Shown here in pieces: positions 1 to 10,282 of a stretch of DNA of 64,000 nt. The position numbers and the translations under genes are program-made. Below the pieces are notes generated by a model. It saw only the letters and a program-made list of their open reading frames with translations, was not told the origin of the DNA and made no database searches. Each line of letters begins with the position of its first letter. Position 1 is the stretch's first letter. The stretch comes from an uncultured Pseudomonadota bacterium (lineage in GTDB: Bacteria; Oederibacteriota; Muellerivitia; Muellerivitales; Muellerivitaceae): contig CAWJKT010000015.1 in NCBI GenBank assembly GCA_963843375.1, positions 1 through 64,000 on the forward strand, in the 5' to 3' direction.

Positions 1-197
1 CGTCCGGCTTCTGTCACCGCGAGGCGGCGTGCGGTGCGATTGAACAACCGTGTGCCGAACTTCTCTTCAAGCCGGCTAATAGCCTTTGAGACGGTCGCTT
101 TCGACAGTCGCAGCTCTTCGGCGGCGCCGACAAAGGAGCGCATCTGCACGACCTTCGCGAAGATCGCCAAGCCCTCGAAGTCAGGAAGATTAGACAC
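1..197 (-). CDS. LysR-family transcriptional regulator, N-terminal HTH (runs off the window edge)
   Basis: My translation from GTG at 197: MSNLPDFEGLAIFAKVVQMRSFVGAAEELRLSKATVSKAISRLEEKFGTRLFNRTARR, a typical LysR winged HTH; not in the ORF track. Confidence 0.9.
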   Translation of the reverse strand, partial: MSNLPDFEGLAIFAKVVQMRSFVGAAEELRLSKATVSKAISRLEEKFGTRLFNRTARRLAVTEAG

Positions 198-311
198 GCG
201 AGTTATGTGACCTTTTGTCGGAGTTGAATTTTGCGCTTACTGCTGCGCGCCGCTTTTTCGTGCCGCCACAAAGGGCGGCGCTTCGCGCGGCGATCGCGTC
301 CGGGCATCCGG

Positions 312-854
312 CTAATCCAACACAAGGTCGTCGTCGGCCAACTCAGCCAGATTTTTTGCAATGTGATGCGAGACCTTCCAGAAGGCGCGTATGTCTTCCG
401 CACCGATACCGTCGAGCGAGTCGACAATCATGTCCCCAATCCTCGGCAGTAGCTTGTCGACCAAAGACCTGCCTTTGTCGGTGAGTCCGACATAATATTT
501 GCGCCTATCCTTTGGATCGCGCTTTCTCTTGAGCAAACCGCGCTTTTCCATGCTGTCGAGCGCCGGCACCGCGGTGGTCGAAGCCATGCCGACGCGTTTA
601 CTCAGTTCCAGCTGGTTCAATTCGCCGCGCTCGGCGAGGACGCGAAGATAAATCCAATGCGCGATGGTGACTTTTTCCTCATCGAGGATCTTCTGCGCGT
701 GGCCGTTGTAAAGCCGGTGCAGCGTGCGAGCCATCCACGGGATGGTTCTGCCGCGCTCGTCGAAGGCTTGATTGGCGCGTTTGCTTCTCGATCCGGAATT
801 GGCCGTTCCGGCACTCCCAAGTCTATGCGCTTCGTTCAAGGCGGGTTTGGTCAT
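312..854 (-). CDS. MarR-family transcriptional regulator
   Basis: LNQLELSKRVGMASTTAVPALDSMEKRGLLKRKRDPKDRR matches the MarR wHTH with the DxRR wing; divergent from the catabolic operon. Confidence 0.9.
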   Translation of the reverse strand: MTKPALNEAHRLGSAGTANSGSRSKRANQAFDERGRTIPWMARTLHRLYNGHAQKILDEEKVTIAHWIYLRVLAERGELNQLELSKRVGMASTTAVPALDSMEKRGLLKRKRDPKDRRKYYVGLTDKGRSLVDKLLPRIGDMIVDSLDGIGAEDIRAFWKVSHHIAKNLAELADDDLVLD

Positions 855-929
855 CGCGCATTCCTCTGTCCGGGCCGAAGCGCCATTGCCGAAAGATTTC
901 CACGCCTGCTCTAGGCCGATAAAGGGCCA

Positions 930-970
930 TTGACAATCGTTCGATAAGAGATTATTCGAAATCGAATGAT
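930..970 (+). promoter_or_regulatory. Putative sigma70 promoter with overlapping palindromic operator
   Basis: TTGACA at 930-935; inverted repeat ATTCGA-AA-TCGAAT at 954-967 covers the expected -10 position, between marR and the dioxygenase gene. Confidence 0.55.
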
Positions 971-1106
971 TGGACGTAAGATCATTCTATAGAAAATAAA
1001 TCGCGGGGGCCATCGCTGATGGCTTGTCCGGGCGTCCCTTCAGGTCAGGCCGGCTTCACGTCGCAGACGGAAGAAGTCGCCACGGTTTGTGTGGGGAGTG
1101 ACGTAG

Positions 1107-2159
1107 ATGAAGGACGACCGCCAGGACGGTCCACCCAATGTGCAGCTTTACAGCCGCGAAGGATTCGGCGGCCCGCTCTCCGTGGGTATCCGACCGACCA
1201 ATGGCACAGAGTACATTTCCGTAAAGGGTCCGCACGCGCCACGCCGCGCCGTGTTGGACCGCATTCACCCGGCCGATGAAACGGACGCGGAAGCGCTTCC
1301 CACCGTCGTCGCAACGTCGAAGCTCGGCGTTCAGCTACTGGTATCCGGTCGCACGGTGCCGATGCCGTTTGTCGTCAGAAATGTGGATGCCGACGAAATT
1401 CACTTCATTCAATCCGGCGAAGTGAAATTCGAGACCGATGCCGGTTCGTTGCGGGCGAGGGAGGGCGACTTTGTTTGCCTTCCAAGATCAGTTGCCTACC
1501 GGTTCGCGCCGACCAAAGGCAAGATGCGCAGTCTGATTGTTGAGAATCCTTCGGCGCTCGCGCTCACGCCGCCGGCGCCGGCGGGCATGATCAACTTCCC
1601 CCGCGATGTGCATTTCGCGGAGATCGATCGGGACATTGCGCCCGGTGGAACGACGCGGCTCGTCTTGAAGTCGGATGACGGAGAGAACACGACCTTCGTA
1701 TTGCCGCACGATCCGTTGGCGATCGGAGATCAGGTGCCCGGCGCTGTGCCGGTCTGGAAACTCAATCTCTCGAAAATCCAAGTCTTGGCCTATCTGCCGG
1801 AGGGTGGTCCTCCCAGTCCGTTCCTGTCTTCGCACGCCAAAGACATTTTGATGTTCACCTTGAGCGCCCGGCCGGGTGGTCGCGCGCCGATTCATGTCAA
1901 CGCCGATTTCGATGAGGTGGTCCACTACGTGCGGGGCCCTGGCGCGTGGGGACATTGCACCGAGCCCGGCACGTTGACGTGGGTACCGAAGGGCGTCGTG
2001 CATCATGGGCCGAGGGAAGATGTCCCCGAGGGATACACCGCCTGGCTCCTCGAAACGCGCGCCACGCTGCGATGGACACCCGCAGCGATAGCCGCGTCCG
2101 AGCTGATGGAGACCGAAAATTACTCCCGGCATCCCAGCGCCGCGAAGAGCAACCGCTAG
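1107..2159 (+). CDS. Homogentisate 1,2-dioxygenase-like cupin dioxygenase
   Basis: SREGFGG near the N-terminus, RNVDADEIHFI, PIHVNADFDEVV (His/Glu) and HHGP match the HmgA-family iron-site pattern; divergent, so substrate unknown. Confidence 0.75.
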   Translation: MKDDRQDGPPNVQLYSREGFGGPLSVGIRPTNGTEYISVKGPHAPRRAVLDRIHPADETDAEALPTVVATSKLGVQLLVSGRTVPMPFVVRNVDADEIHFIQSGEVKFETDAGSLRAREGDFVCLPRSVAYRFAPTKGKMRSLIVENPSALALTPPAPAGMINFPRDVHFAEIDRDIAPGGTTRLVLKSDDGENTTFVLPHDPLAIGDQVPGAVPVWKLNLSKIQVLAYLPEGGPPSPFLSSHAKDILMFTLSARPGGRAPIHVNADFDEVVHYVRGPGAWGHCTEPGTLTWVPKGVVHHGPREDVPEGYTAWLLETRATLRWTPAAIAASELMETENYSRHPSAAKSNR

Positions 2160-2191
2160 CCAACATCAACGCCAGAAAAGAGGATCACGTC

Positions 2192-3194
2192 ATGTCCGAG
2201 AAATTAGCATTATGGGAAGCCGCCAAGCGGGAAATGGAAGAATACCAATTCGCCGCCGAGGCGGAGGTACAACCGAAATGGGATGTTCCGGAAAAGATCG
2301 CGATCAATGCCGCCATTTCGAGCCGGTTCGGCGACGGCAAGCAATCCAAGCCGATGTCTATCGAAAATTATGTCGACGCGGCGTCGAGCGTTATCGAGGC
2401 TGGCGCGTGCGGCGTTCACATCGATTTCAGCTGGATTACGGACGATAAAGGGCGCCGGCTCGACCGTGACGTCCCGCCGGTCGAAGCTTATTCGGCTGTC
2501 GTCGCGCCGCTGCGCGCGCGCTTTGGCAACGACTTCGTCGTCAACGTCAACGTTCTTCACGGGTTGACGTTCGACGTGTGCATGAGTCCGGCGCGCGCCG
2601 GATTGTGCGAGGTGGCGCCTTGTGCGCCGGGCCATCCCGACGCTTTCATGGTTCCGGCAATTCAGACGCTCGAAGATACCGGCGTCAAGCCGGAACTCGC
2701 GATCCATAGCTCAGGCGAAATCGACCTTGCCAAGCGAAAGCTGATCGACACCGGGATTCTCAAGAAACCCTACAACTGGCTGCTTCTCTACGGCTTGCCC
2801 TTCAATACTGGGCGAACCCTGATCTCCGGCACCTGGGTCAGCGATGCGCAAGACATGGCGCAGCACCTGTTTCTCATGGTGGACCAAATTCGCCGGATCG
2901 ACAGCGACTCTGTGATTAGCGTCTGCGCGGCGGGCCGCGCCGGTCTCTACATGACGACGCTTGCCACAATGGCGGGCCTGCACATTCGCGTCGGTATCGA
3001 AGACACGCCCTGGAAGCATCCAAACAGCAATACGCTGCTCAAAGACAATCTCGAAATGTTCAAGATGGCGCGTGACCTCGCGGCGATTGCTCGGTCGCAC
3101 GCCGGCAAGCGCAAACGAATATCGCAAATTGATCGGCAAACCGGAATTGAGCACCTCGGCTAGGCCCAAGGTTGCGCAGTTGGCCAGCGCTTGA
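2192..3194 (+). CDS. BKACE / 3-keto-5-aminohexanoate cleavage enzyme family (DUF849); frameshift near 3,090
   Basis: KIAINAAISS, EAGACGVHID, GVKPEL, GLHIRVGIED; the family-like C-terminus LGRTPASANEYRKLIG lies in another frame ending at 3194. Confidence 0.8.
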
Positions 3195-3232
3195 AGGGAC
3201 AAAATCGTCGAGCAGCATTCGAGGAGGGGAAA

Positions 3233-3598
3233 ATGACTGACCCGCGAGCTTTCGCCAAATCCGTCTATCAAGCGATCGACACCATGGACGAGAAAGAACT
3301 GGCGCCGTTCCTGACGGAGAATTGCACGTTCGTATTCGGAAGCGCGCCGCCGATTGTCGGCCGCACCGCCGCCGCCAACGCCTCCAAAGCGTTCATGGCG
3401 ACAATTGCCGGCATCAAGCACGATCTCGCCGACGTCTGGGGTGTCGATGAAGACATCATTTCGAGAATGACGGTCACATACACGCGCAAGGACGGAAGGA
3501 AAATGAGCTTTCCGGCCGTTACGATTTGGCGCGTGGAAGGCAAACAGATCGCCGACTACCGCATCTACGTCGACAACACAGCTCTATTCGCATCGTGA
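3233..3598 (+). CDS. NTF2-like / SnoaL-like domain protein
   Basis: GAGGAGG RBS before ATG 3233; YQAIDTMDEKELAPFLTENCTFVFGSAPPIVG...IADYRIYVD is a SnoaL-like pattern. Confidence 0.8.
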   Translation: MTDPRAFAKSVYQAIDTMDEKELAPFLTENCTFVFGSAPPIVGRTAAANASKAFMATIAGIKHDLADVWGVDEDIISRMTVTYTRKDGRKMSFPAVTIWRVEGKQIADYRIYVDNTALFAS

Positions 3599-3669
3599 GC
3601 TTGTCGGGGCCGGGCTTTTTTGCCCGGCGCAGCGCCGAGCGGCCGCCCAAAAGCACGAATGATCTTCTC

Positions 3670-4659
3670 ATGAGCGCTTCGCAATTGGTGAGTGAAGCTA
3701 AACAGGGTGTTTCGGCACGCCTCAAATGGTGGCCGGAGGACGGAGGTCTGGTCATCGTGTTTGTCCTCATGGTCCTGGCGATCGGCATTCCGTATCCCGA
3801 ATTCTTCAGCTTCGGCTCACTCAAAACGGTCCTGAGGCAATCGGCGCTGATCGGCATCATTGCCTTCGGCATGGTGTTTCTTGTGGCAATGGTCGAGATC
3901 GACCTCTCGGTCGGAGGCATATTTGCCACCGCGAGCAGCCTTGCCGCACTGCTGATCAAATTTTACCACTTCGATCCCTGGCTCGCGGTCGCGGTCGCGC
4001 TTTTGGCGGGAGTTTTTCTCGGCGCATTGAACGGCATTCTCACCGGCCTTCTCAAGGTGCCGCTGATAATCGTCTCACTCGGAACTTTATCGGCCTATTT
4101 CGGGCTGCACCTCATTCTATCGGACGGCAAAGCCGTCTACGGCCTGCCGAAAGATCATCCGTTCTTCACGTGGTTCGGCGGCGATCTGTTTGAGCTGCCG
4201 GTTTCCGTCTGGACGTCGATAGGCTGCGCCATCGTTCTGTATTTTGTTTTCGTCCACACCCGATTTGGCGCCACCGTGCGAGCCGTCGGCTCAAATCCAT
4301 CGGCCGCGGAATTCATCGGCATCAACATCAATCTTGTTCGCATCTACACAACCGCATTGGTCGGGCTGCTGGCCGCTTTTTCCGGCGTGATGACGCTTGC
4401 TTATTTCAAAGCGGTCGACACTTCTTCGGGTCGCAGCCTCGGGCTGGAAGTCATCGCCGCCGTCGTCATCGGAGGAACATCGCTGGCGGGCGGGTCGGGA
4501 ACGATCATCGGCGCCGCTCTGGGCGTTCTGATCATCACGACGATCGACAGCGGCCTCGTCTTTTATGGCGTCAATCTCAACTATTCCGAGTTTGTCACCG
4601 GCGCGGTGATCATCAGCGCGATCGCGCTCGATCGAATTTCAAAACGGCGCGCCGGATGA
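3670..4659 (+). CDS. Sugar-type (CUT2) ABC transporter permease, RbsC-like
   Basis: EIDLSVGG, TRFGATVRAVGSNPSAAEFIGIN, LEVIAAVVIGGTSLAGGSG; many TM segments. Confidence 0.9.
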   Translation: MSASQLVSEAKQGVSARLKWWPEDGGLVIVFVLMVLAIGIPYPEFFSFGSLKTVLRQSALIGIIAFGMVFLVAMVEIDLSVGGIFATASSLAALLIKFYHFDPWLAVAVALLAGVFLGALNGILTGLLKVPLIIVSLGTLSAYFGLHLILSDGKAVYGLPKDHPFFTWFGGDLFELPVSVWTSIGCAIVLYFVFVHTRFGATVRAVGSNPSAAEFIGININLVRIYTTALVGLLAAFSGVMTLAYFKAVDTSSGRSLGLEVIAAVVIGGTSLAGGSGTIIGAALGVLIITTIDSGLVFYGVNLNYSEFVTGAVIISAIALDRISKRRAG

Positions 4660-4716
4660 CGGCGCATCGCGTCTAACGGAACAAGCAAACCTAAACACGC
4701 AAAACAGGAGGATACT

Positions 4717-5832
4717 ATGCTGCCTGGAAAGTCGAGTCGGCGCACTCGCACGGCCATGCTGGTCGCACTTAGCTGTTTCACCATTTTTTCTGTGACCGGC
4801 GCGCCGGCGGTGAAAGCCGCGGGGAAGGACTCGGTCACCGTCTCTGTCGTTCTTGCTCTTGCCGCCGGCGAGTGGAGCACTGAGATTCTCGCCGGCGCCA
4901 ACGCGGCGGCCAAGGACCTCGGCGGAAAAGTCAAAGTCCGCGTGTCCGGGCCGACAACTTTCGATCCCCAGCGCCAAGCGCAAATGTTTCTCGCGGAGCT
5001 CGAAACCAAGCCCGACGTCCTGATTGTGGTCAATGTGGCGCCGCCGCTCTTCACGCAACCCGCTTTGGAAGCTCAGTCGCGCGGAGCGCATGTGGTCTGG
5101 ATCAGCGTTCCGCCAATGCCGGACGTCAAAGATCCGCTGTTCGTCGGGTCGGATGCTTTCGGCATGGGTCAGACGGCGGGTGGCATCGTCGTGGCCGCGC
5201 TGGAAAAGAATCTCAATAAACCGGCAGCGGACATATCCGGCGACGTCGTCACGGGCATCTGCGTGCCAGGTTTGGTAGTGCTGGAGAACCGACTGGCCGG
5301 GGAGATCGGTTATCTCAAAAAGAAGATGCCGAAGATCAACGTCCTGCCGGCCTTCAATTCGGCGTCGGATCGCGAGCGCAGCTATGCCTTGTGGGATCAG
5401 GCGATACGCAAGACGCCCAAGGCGCTGACCTATCTCGATCCCTGCGAGGAAGGCGAGGAGAACATTCCGAAGATCCTCGAGAACGACAAGATTTCGGCGC
5501 CGCTGACATCCTACGAAAGCCCTGAAGAGGTTCGCGACGATCTTGCCCGCGGGGCGATCACCGCAATCGTGTCAGGCAATTTCTTCACCCAATCTTATCT
5601 TGCCGTGTACGTGTCGGCGCAGTCGATCTTGCAGGAAAAACCCCTGCCGCAAGGTTGGGTGAAGGTGCCGCACGTCGTGATCGATAAAACTACGATCGCG
5701 GCTTACCAGAAGGCGTGGGAAAAACCTGAGACGGGTCTGCGCGCCTTCTACAGCGAGCAGGTCGAAGCAGCTCGCGATCACCTGCCGTCGCCGTTGCCCA
5801 GTCCAGATTTGTTCGTACACCCGGCGGAGTGA
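4717..5832 (+). CDS. Sugar-type ABC transporter substrate-binding protein
   Basis: Signal peptide, GANAAAKDLG and FVGSDAFGMG motifs of type I periplasmic binding proteins; AGGAGG RBS. Confidence 0.85.
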   Translation: MLPGKSSRRTRTAMLVALSCFTIFSVTGAPAVKAAGKDSVTVSVVLALAAGEWSTEILAGANAAAKDLGGKVKVRVSGPTTFDPQRQAQMFLAELETKPDVLIVVNVAPPLFTQPALEAQSRGAHVVWISVPPMPDVKDPLFVGSDAFGMGQTAGGIVVAALEKNLNKPAADISGDVVTGICVPGLVVLENRLAGEIGYLKKKMPKINVLPAFNSASDRERSYALWDQAIRKTPKALTYLDPCEEGEENIPKILENDKISAPLTSYESPEEVRDDLARGAITAIVSGNFFTQSYLAVYVSAQSILQEKPLPQGWVKVPHVVIDKTTIAAYQKAWEKPETGLRAFYSEQVEAARDHLPSPLPSPDLFVHPAE

Positions 5833-5906
5833 TCCGGTGAGGCGCCGCTCCGGTTTCGGGGCCGGCGCCTTCAGTCGGTTCAATATCGCCCCTGAAAGGT
5901 TGCGCC

Positions 5907-7452
5907 GTGCCCGTCATCTACTCGGCCAGAGGGATAAGCAAGCGCTTCGGTGTGGTGCAAGCTCTTTGCGACGTCGATCTCGACGTGCCCGCGGGCAGTG
6001 TGGTCGGGCTTATATCGGCGCTAACGGTGCCGGCAAGTCGACGTTGTTAAAAATTATTGCTGGCGCTTTGCCGCCGGATTCCGGCGAACTTACGCTTAGC
6101 GGCAAGCCGCTGACCATGAAGTCGATTACGGACGCGGCACGAGCGGGAATAGCCATCGTTTCACAGGAGCTCAGCCTTTTTCCGGCGCTGAGTGTCGAGG
6201 AAAATCTCTCGCTGGCGCCGGGCGAAAGCGCTTGGAAATCGCGACGATCGTTTGCTCGGCGCGCCCGCGAGGTTTTGGCGAAGCTCGGCGTAAATGTCGC
6301 ACTGAGTGCTCCGTTGCGCCTTCTGTCGCTAGCGGACCGCCAGTTGATCGAAATCTCTCGCGCGCTGCTACAAAACCCCCGCATTCTCATCCTCGATGAG
6401 CCGACGTCGTCACTCCATGCGGCCGAGGTCGATCGCCTGCATGACGTGATCCGAGGCCTGCGAAATTCAGGCATCGGAATCATCTATGTCAGTCACTTTC
6501 TGGAGGAGCTGTTGGATATTTCCAACAGCCTCGTGATTTTGCGCAACGGCAAGCGCGTGCCTGAGCAATCGCTCCGGTTGCTGATCGGCTCGATGATGTT
6601 ATCGCGGCAATGTTGGGTGAAATTTCCCAATCAGTCGCGGAGCGATCGCAAAACTTTGGCGACAAGAATAATGGCGTAATACCTAAGAGTCCCATCGAAG
6701 TGGGCCCGCTTCGCATTGTTGATCTGAAAGGCCCAAAGCAGCTCACCATCGACAAGCTGGAGATACACCCTGGAGCGGTCGTTGGAGTCGCGGGCCTCGT
6801 CGGCGCCGGAGTCGAGGAACTATTTGAGGTGCTATTCGGGTTGGCGAAGCCGATATCGGGACGCATAACCCTGCCGAGTGGCGCGCCGTTGCCGACCAAT
6901 CCGGCCCGGGCCGTCAAGGCCGGAATTGCCTATAGCCCTGCCGACCGCAAGCAACATGGTCTGATGCTTCGTCAGAGCATTACCGAGAATGTTGTCAGCG
7001 TGCGCGCGCTGACACTCGGCTGGGACGGCTTTTTCCTACGGAAAGGGCGTTTGACGGAAGTAGCGGCGGACCGCTGCCGGCAGCTTGGTGTTGTCGGAGG
7101 TTCGATGCTCCGGCCGGTCGGCAACCTATCGGGCGGCAACCAGCAAAAAGTCGTCTTCGCGAAATGGATGGAAGCATCGCCATCGTTGCTTGTCCTCGAC
7201 GATCCGACGCGTGGCATCGACGTATCGGCCAAGCGGGAGATGCACCGCATCATGCGTCAGCTCGCGCAATCGGGGAGGGTGGTTCTTTTTTCATCCAGCG
7301 ACCCTGGTGAAATCGCCTCGGTTGCCGATCGCGCCATCGTCTTCGTCGACGGTGCGTTGGCGTGCGAACTCAGTGGTGACGAGCTTACCGAACACGGCTT
7401 GGTCGCCGCTATGAATTCGAGCGCCGCAGCAATGCTCAGGCCGGCCGCTTAA
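5907..7452 (+). CDS. Sugar ABC transporter ATP-binding protein (two ATPase domains, RbsA-like), two frameshifts
   Basis: SKRFGVVQAL start, GANGAGKST, ILDEPTSSL, LSGGNQQKV, LDDPTRGIDV spread over three frames. Confidence 0.85.
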
Positions 7453-7464
7453 AAGGACCGGGAT

Positions 7465-8039
7465 GTGCCGAAGGTCGCCATTGTTTATTTTAGCGGATAC
7501 GGCCACACGGCAAGACAAGCCGAAGCCGTCGCATTGGCGCGCAATCAACACCCGACGCATTTGTCAGCGTTTATCGCATTAATGAGACCGGCGATCTTCC
7601 TGCCGGCGCGCTAGAAGAATTGAGTTCAGCCGACGCTTTCATCTACGGCAGCCCGACATACATGGGTGGTCCTGCTTGGCAATTCAAAAAAATCGCGGAC
7701 AGCTCGGCCAAATCGTTTTTTGCGCGCAAATGGAAAGACAAGCTCGCGGCCGGCTTTACCAACTCGGCCTCTGTCAACGGCGACAACTATTCAACAATCC
7801 AGTATTTCTGGACGTTATCGCAGCAGCACGGGCAACTGTGGATCGGAACCGGTTTGCTGCCCGCCAATATGAAGGCAAACGTGCCCACAGATCTGAATTG
7901 GACGGCCGGATTCGCTGGAGCGCTGGCGATATCGCCATCTGATGCGTCTCCGGAAGAGGCGCCACAATCAGGCGATCTCGAAACGGCAAAGCTCCTTGGG
8001 AAGCGTGTGGTAGAGTTTGCGCAGCTCTTGCGTCGCTAG
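7465..8039 (+). CDS. WrbA-like flavodoxin family protein, frameshifted
   Basis: GTG start gives PKVAIVYFSGYGHTARQAEAV; second frame has GSPTYMGG and WKDKLAAGFTNS. Confidence 0.85.
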
Positions 8040-8074
8040 CGAGAGGGCTACGGCGAAGCACGGAACGAAAGACC

Positions 8075-8460
8075 TCAGCTCCAATCACTATCGATGCAGA
8101 AATTTGATGGGCTAGCGGCCGTGAAGGCGGCGCCAATGCCACCGGACTGTAACCCTCGCTCCTGGAAAAAAACGCGGGTGAAGTGGCTTTGGTCGACGAA
8201 GCCGCAGAGCTGGCCGATATCAAATAGCCCCTGGCTTGGGTCTCGTAATAGTTCTTTGGCGCGCTCTACGCGCTGTTTGGTAAGCCATCGGTGGGGCAGT
8301 AACCCCGTCGCTTGCTTAAAGGCACGGACGAAGTAGCTGGCTGACACGTCCGCACTCGCTCGCGACTTCGGAGATCGAAGGATCGCCTTCCAAATTGGCG
8401 TTGATGAAGTCGCGGGCGCGCCGCAGCTGCCACGGTGCAAGGCTTCCTTCCCTCCCTCTC
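8075..8460 (-). pseudogene. AraC-family regulator, C-terminal HTH fragment only
   Basis: LAPWQLRRARDFI...SASYFVRAFKQATG...CGFVDQSHFTRVF; no N-terminal domain before the AbiTii gene. Confidence 0.7.
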
Positions 8461-8582
8461 CGCCAATCAATAACATCAATGACTTAGGTACTTCATTGGC
8501 GACACTCCGGGTGTTTGAGCGCTTCTGTGGCCGAGCTAGCAGCGCTATCTTGCCTCGGCCACCTATGCGAACGGCGCCTCCG

Positions 8583-9473
8583 ATGCCAACTTTGATTGAA
8601 AAACTGCAAATGGACGCGATGGACCCCAAGATGTCCGTTAGCGATCTCCTTCGTCGCGTGAAGCTCACGGCGACGAAACTCGGGCTGGCCGCAACAGAAG
8701 ATTGGGTCGAGCAAGAATTAAACGGTTACGAGGCTGAGCCCCCGCCATACAGGATCGTCCATGGGAGGCCTATGGGGCGTAATCCTGTTCGTGGGTGGAT
8801 ACCGATCGCCGGTCAAAAAGAACTCATTTCTCAGCTCCCCAACGGCCAGCCAGTCTCTTCGTTGGAAAGCCTTCTTGCCCAACAAAACAGTGGGGGCACT
8901 CTGCACATTCCTTACTCTCACGAAATATGCACCTTCCTCGACCAAGCAAATGGCGTAGATGGATGGAGTTATGTCCTCGAAGTTCCGGCCAGCGAACTCA
9001 GCCGCATCTTGGATAGGGTGCGCACGCTAGTATTGGATTGGGCATTGGCTCTGGAGAAGGAGGGCATCATCGGTTCGGAAATCAATTTCGATGCGGCGGA
9101 TCGGGCAAAGGCCCAAGCGGCGAGCACGACGATCAACATCGGTTCGATAGGTCACTTCGCAGGAAGCTTAGGTCAGGGCAGTATTTCGAGCAACGCTTCA
9201 GTAAACATCGACGTGGAGCAAGTCGTTCCGATTATCGCGCAGCTCAAATCACATGTCGCTGAACTCGTGGCGGCTGGAGCCGATAATAGACTTTCTAAAC
9301 AACTTGCGGAGCTCGAGGCATCGTTTAGGCGCGGTCAACCGGATCGCTCCAAAACTCGCGCCTTACTCGCCGATGTGCGTAACAGCCTGTCCGGTGCTGC
9401 GGGCAATTTGCTCGCATCTGGTGCCATTAGCGCGCTCACTGCGCTCCTCAGTACCGGCGTGGGACCAGTTTAG
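8583..9473 (+). CDS. AbiTii-domain protein
   Basis: LIEKLQMDAMDPKMSVSDLLRRVKLTATKLGL...WVEQELNGY...PPYR...NPVRGWIP...ILDRVRTLVLDWALALEKEGIIG is the AbiTii family pattern. Confidence 0.8.
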   Translation: MPTLIEKLQMDAMDPKMSVSDLLRRVKLTATKLGLAATEDWVEQELNGYEAEPPPYRIVHGRPMGRNPVRGWIPIAGQKELISQLPNGQPVSSLESLLAQQNSGGTLHIPYSHEICTFLDQANGVDGWSYVLEVPASELSRILDRVRTLVLDWALALEKEGIIGSEINFDAADRAKAQAASTTINIGSIGHFAGSLGQGSISSNASVNIDVEQVVPIIAQLKSHVAELVAAGADNRLSKQLAELEASFRRGQPDRSKTRALLADVRNSLSGAAGNLLASGAISALTALLSTGVGPV

Positions 9474-9505
9474 GCGAAGCATTGCGCATGAGAGGCTAGT
9501 TAGCC

Positions 9506-10201
9506 GTGCGCGAGCGACACAAAAATTAGCTTTGACTGACGCCATAGCGCAGGAATTGAAGCGCCGTTATTCGTATGCCGAGATCGAGTATTTCTTGAAG
9601 TATTTAACATCCCCACGCCACATGAGTTTGGGAATGAAAGCCATAAGGCCGATTATGTGAAGCGAACACTTCGGGGCCTTGATGCCGCGGTCCTTATTAG
9701 GATAGCCGAAGACCTCGAAGTTTCGATACCAGGGACTCGCGCGACTGTTCTCCGGCCTCCGCGCATTTGGCCTGACGATATGAAATTTCGGCAATTTATA
9801 AGCCATATCGCCGAACAGAAAGACAAGGCCATGCGACTTCGCGCTTGCCTCGAAACGTACGGCATCAGCGGATTTGTTGCGCACGAGGACATACATCCAA
9901 CTGCCGAATGGCAGACCGAGATCGAGCGTGCGCTTAATGTGATGGATGCCTTTTTGGCAATTCACACGAAGGGTTTTTCAAATAGCTATTGGACGCAACA
10001 GGAAATTGGATATGCGGTCGCGCGTGGTGTGAAAATTATTTCGCTCAAGATGGACAGGAAGACCCAACCGGGTTCATATCAAAACACCAAGCTCTATCTC
10101 GGGGAAAACGCTCTGCAGAAGCGATTGCAAAAGAGGTGAATGCAATTCTTTCCGCCGACGAGTTAACTTCCGCTCGGCTAGGAGAGGTCATACCCTTTTA
10201 G
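9506..10201 (+). CDS. TIR-domain protein (helical N-terminal domain + TIR), frameshifted
   Basis: FISH, GISGFVAHEDIHPTAEWQTEIERAL and SYWTQQEIGYA (putative catalytic Glu, codon 10002-10004); N-terminus and C-terminal DPTGFISKHQA are in adjacent frames. Confidence 0.8.
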
Positions 10202-10282
10202 AAAACCAGTCTGGACCGATTAGCACCGAGATTGTGCGCCAACTCGGCAAAAGCGTTTAGTTGAGTATTAGTTTTGGCCGTT

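Noticed and set aside
8583..10201. Thoeris, CBASS or short-Argonaute system
   Set aside because: TIR is present, but no ThsA, cyclase or Argonaute gene is recognisable nearby.
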